Positions 61,533-64,000 of a DNA stretch of 64,000 nucleotides are shown piece by piece. Position 1 is the first letter of the stretch, and every line of letters begins with the position of its first letter. This stretch comes from Octopus vulgaris (taxonomy: Eukaryota), in NCBI GenBank assembly GCA_951406725.2, contig OX597819.1, positions 80,786,001 to 80,850,000 on the forward strand, in the 5' to 3' direction. The translations under genes and the position numbers were made by a program. A model generated the notes under the pieces. It saw only the letters and a program-made list of their open reading frames with translations. It did not search any database and had not been told where the DNA came from.

Positions 61533-62007
61533 ACTAAGCTAAGACTCTACTCCCTGGAGAGAAGACGGGAGAGGTATGCAGTAATATATATCTGGAAGAT
61601 CCTGGAAACAATTGTGCCAAATTTTGGCATTATAAGCTACACCAATGCTAGAACGGGACGACACTGCATAGTGCCAAATATCCCAGCAATGCCATCACGC
61701 TTCAGGACCAGCTTCTGCAACAGTCTGGGTTTCAAGGGCCCACAGCTTTTTAATATTCTCCCAAAGAGTCCGAGGAACTTGCACAAAGTAGATGTAGCGG
61801 TTTTTAAATCAAAGCTGGACATCTTCCTGTCAAGAGTCCCAGATGAACCTACCTCACGGCAAGAGGTGTAAATGAGAGTAGCTATATCAAACTCCATTCT
61901 TCACCAAGTGCCACATATTAGAGGAGGTTCTTCGTAATAACAGTGTAGCACAAAACGGCGGTGCATCAGCATGGCCGCAGCTCTGAGCTGAAACTAGAAA
62001 AAAAAAT
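61533..62007 (+). mobile_element. second CR1-like LINE family, 3' end
   Basis: LRLYSLERRRERYAVIYIWKILE...FKGPQLFNILP...FKSKLDIFLSRVPDEP; stem-loop tail then A tract. Confidence 0.85.
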
Positions 62008-62323
<316 letters not shown>

Positions 62324-64000
62324 GAAAATAGCAAAAAGTGAAAAAACTACAGAAGGCTTGTTTTAAAAGGTTAAAAAATATATATTTGAGTCAATATGTC
62401 TGAAGAATGTTATCAATTTTTTTCTTACAATGACATAGTTTAGAAGAAATGACCGGCTTCGCGTTCAGCTTCTCAAATTTCTTGCATCGTTATGTTTATG
62501 TTGAGAATTAAAACCCATGAAAAGGAACTAACAACCAAAGAGATTGACTTTCTAACAAACTTTAAATGCAAACCTAGCCTCTTCTATGGTCTACCAAAAA
62601 TTCATAAAAGCCAAATTATAAATGAAACCATTAAAAAATCACCAAAGACATACATACACACACCTAACCCGGGGAACCTAAAACTACGACCCATTGTAGC
62701 TGGCCCAACCTGTGAAACATACAGACTAAGTCTATTTATGGACATCCTCCTGAAACCCTTCCTTAAACATATCGATAGCCATATCAGAGATGACTTATAT
62801 ATGTTAAACCACCTCCCAAAAAAAAGCCAAGGAAGAAACAATCCTGGTTTCATTTGATGTAGTTAACTTGTATACCAGTATACCTCATAATTATGGACTA
62901 GAGGCAATACAGTTCTGGCTGGACCAATTTCCGGAAGAAATACCAAAAAGGATCAGTAAAGAATTCATTACTAAATCAATTGAATTCATCCTACATAATA
63001 ACCACTTCATGTTTGACAATACATTTTACCGTCAAAAATCCGGAATTGCTATGGGTACAAGGGCAGCACCAGTCATTGCGAATCTAACAATGGGCTACCT
63101 GGAAATAATCATTTACCAGGAATCTTTATCAATCTTTGGAACCCCCTCTCTCAATACATAAAAGAGAATTGGAAACGATTCCTGGACGATTGTTTTATAC
63201 TCTGGAATGAAAACACAGATAAACTCCTACAATTTAAAAACCTATTGAACAGCATAAACCCAAATATACAGTTCACAATGGAATACAACCAAAAGGAGCT
63301 CCCATTCTTGGATATACTAATTAAAAAAATTAACCTTAAAATAGAAACAGACATTTTTTACAAAGCCACAGACGCCAAACAATACCTTCTTTTTAATTCA
63401 TGCCACCCAAGACACACTAAAACAAACATCCCCTTCAACCTTGCAAGAAGGATATGCACAATAGTGTCAGAACAAAATACCAGGAACTTTAGACTGCAAG
63501 AACTCAAAAACACCCTAATTGACAGACATTACCCAGCTCAACTCATAGAGGATGGGATCAGACGTGCAACAGAAATCAACATAGAAACTTTAAGAAAAGT
63601 TCAACACAACAACACACCTTCCCCGAAAATACTACCTTACATATCCACATACAACCCCAGAAACAAAGAAGCCTTCACTATTATCACCCAGAATTTACCA
63701 ATACTTCATAAGGACCCCAAATTAAAGGAAATTCTAAACATACACCAAATCATTAAAAGCTACAAACAACCTAAATCACTTAAAAAGATTCTCACAAAGG
63801 CAAAATTGTTTTCTGAAATTACGGATGCAAAAGTAAAAAAATGTGGTAGATCGAACTGGGCAACATGTCCAAACCTGCTAGAAGGATCAGAATTCCTCTT
63901 CAAAGAGGGACAGAAATTCAAGATCAAATCTAACTTTACTTGTGCTTCTGAAAACATAATTTATGTCATAAAATGCTCGGGCTGCCACCAAGACTACGTG
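62324..64000 (+). mobile_element. 5'-truncated Penelope-like retroelement (RT plus start of GIY-YIG), runs off the window
   Basis: FYGLPKIHK, LRPIVAG, SFDVVNLYTSIPH, GIAMGTRAAP, WKRFLDDCF, LPFLDILI, NSCHPRH, FTCASENIIYVIKCSGCPQDYV; frameshifts near 62825 and 63145; inverted pLTR at about 62324-62505. Confidence 0.93.
62444..62483 (-). ncRNA. minimal hammerhead motif (U3-A8 variant) in the inverted pLTR of a Penelope element
   Basis: AAGAAAU-UUGAGAA-GC(ugaac)GC-GAAG-CCGG-UC-AUUUCUU; 7-bp stem I; GAAA changed to GAAG. Confidence 0.65.

Overview
AT-rich, microsatellite- and transposon-dense animal genomic DNA; the SINE/RTE/Penelope repertoire suggests an octopus (coleoid cephalopod), which is an inference. 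One host gene is well supported: the 3' ten coding exons of an HPS4 (BLOC-3 subunit) orthologue on the + strand (3805-41404), with GT-AG sites, consistent phases and motifs of longin domains 2 and 3; its 5' exons lie upstream of the window. The rest is mostly mobile DNA: tRNA-derived SINEs, 5'-truncated RTE, CR1-like and Dong/R4 LINEs, two Penelope-like elements, mariner relics, hAT/piggyBac/Merlin-like MITEs, a complete non-autonomous LTR element and Helitrons. Main observations: (1) minimal hammerhead-ribozyme motifs with three different 3-8 core pairs (C-G, G-C, U-A), two of them inside long fold-back palindromes about 80 nt upstream of HPS4 splice acceptors; (2) a precise head-to-tail 3.2-kb Helitron dimer carrying a nested Helitron; (3) a covarying 3' stem-loop shared by the dominant SINE and two CR1-like LINEs; (4) an LTR pair identical for 322 bp and then abruptly divergent; (5) MITEs carrying telomeric repeats. 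All calls were made by eye without database searches. Most ORFs in the supplied track are microsatellite or TE noise.
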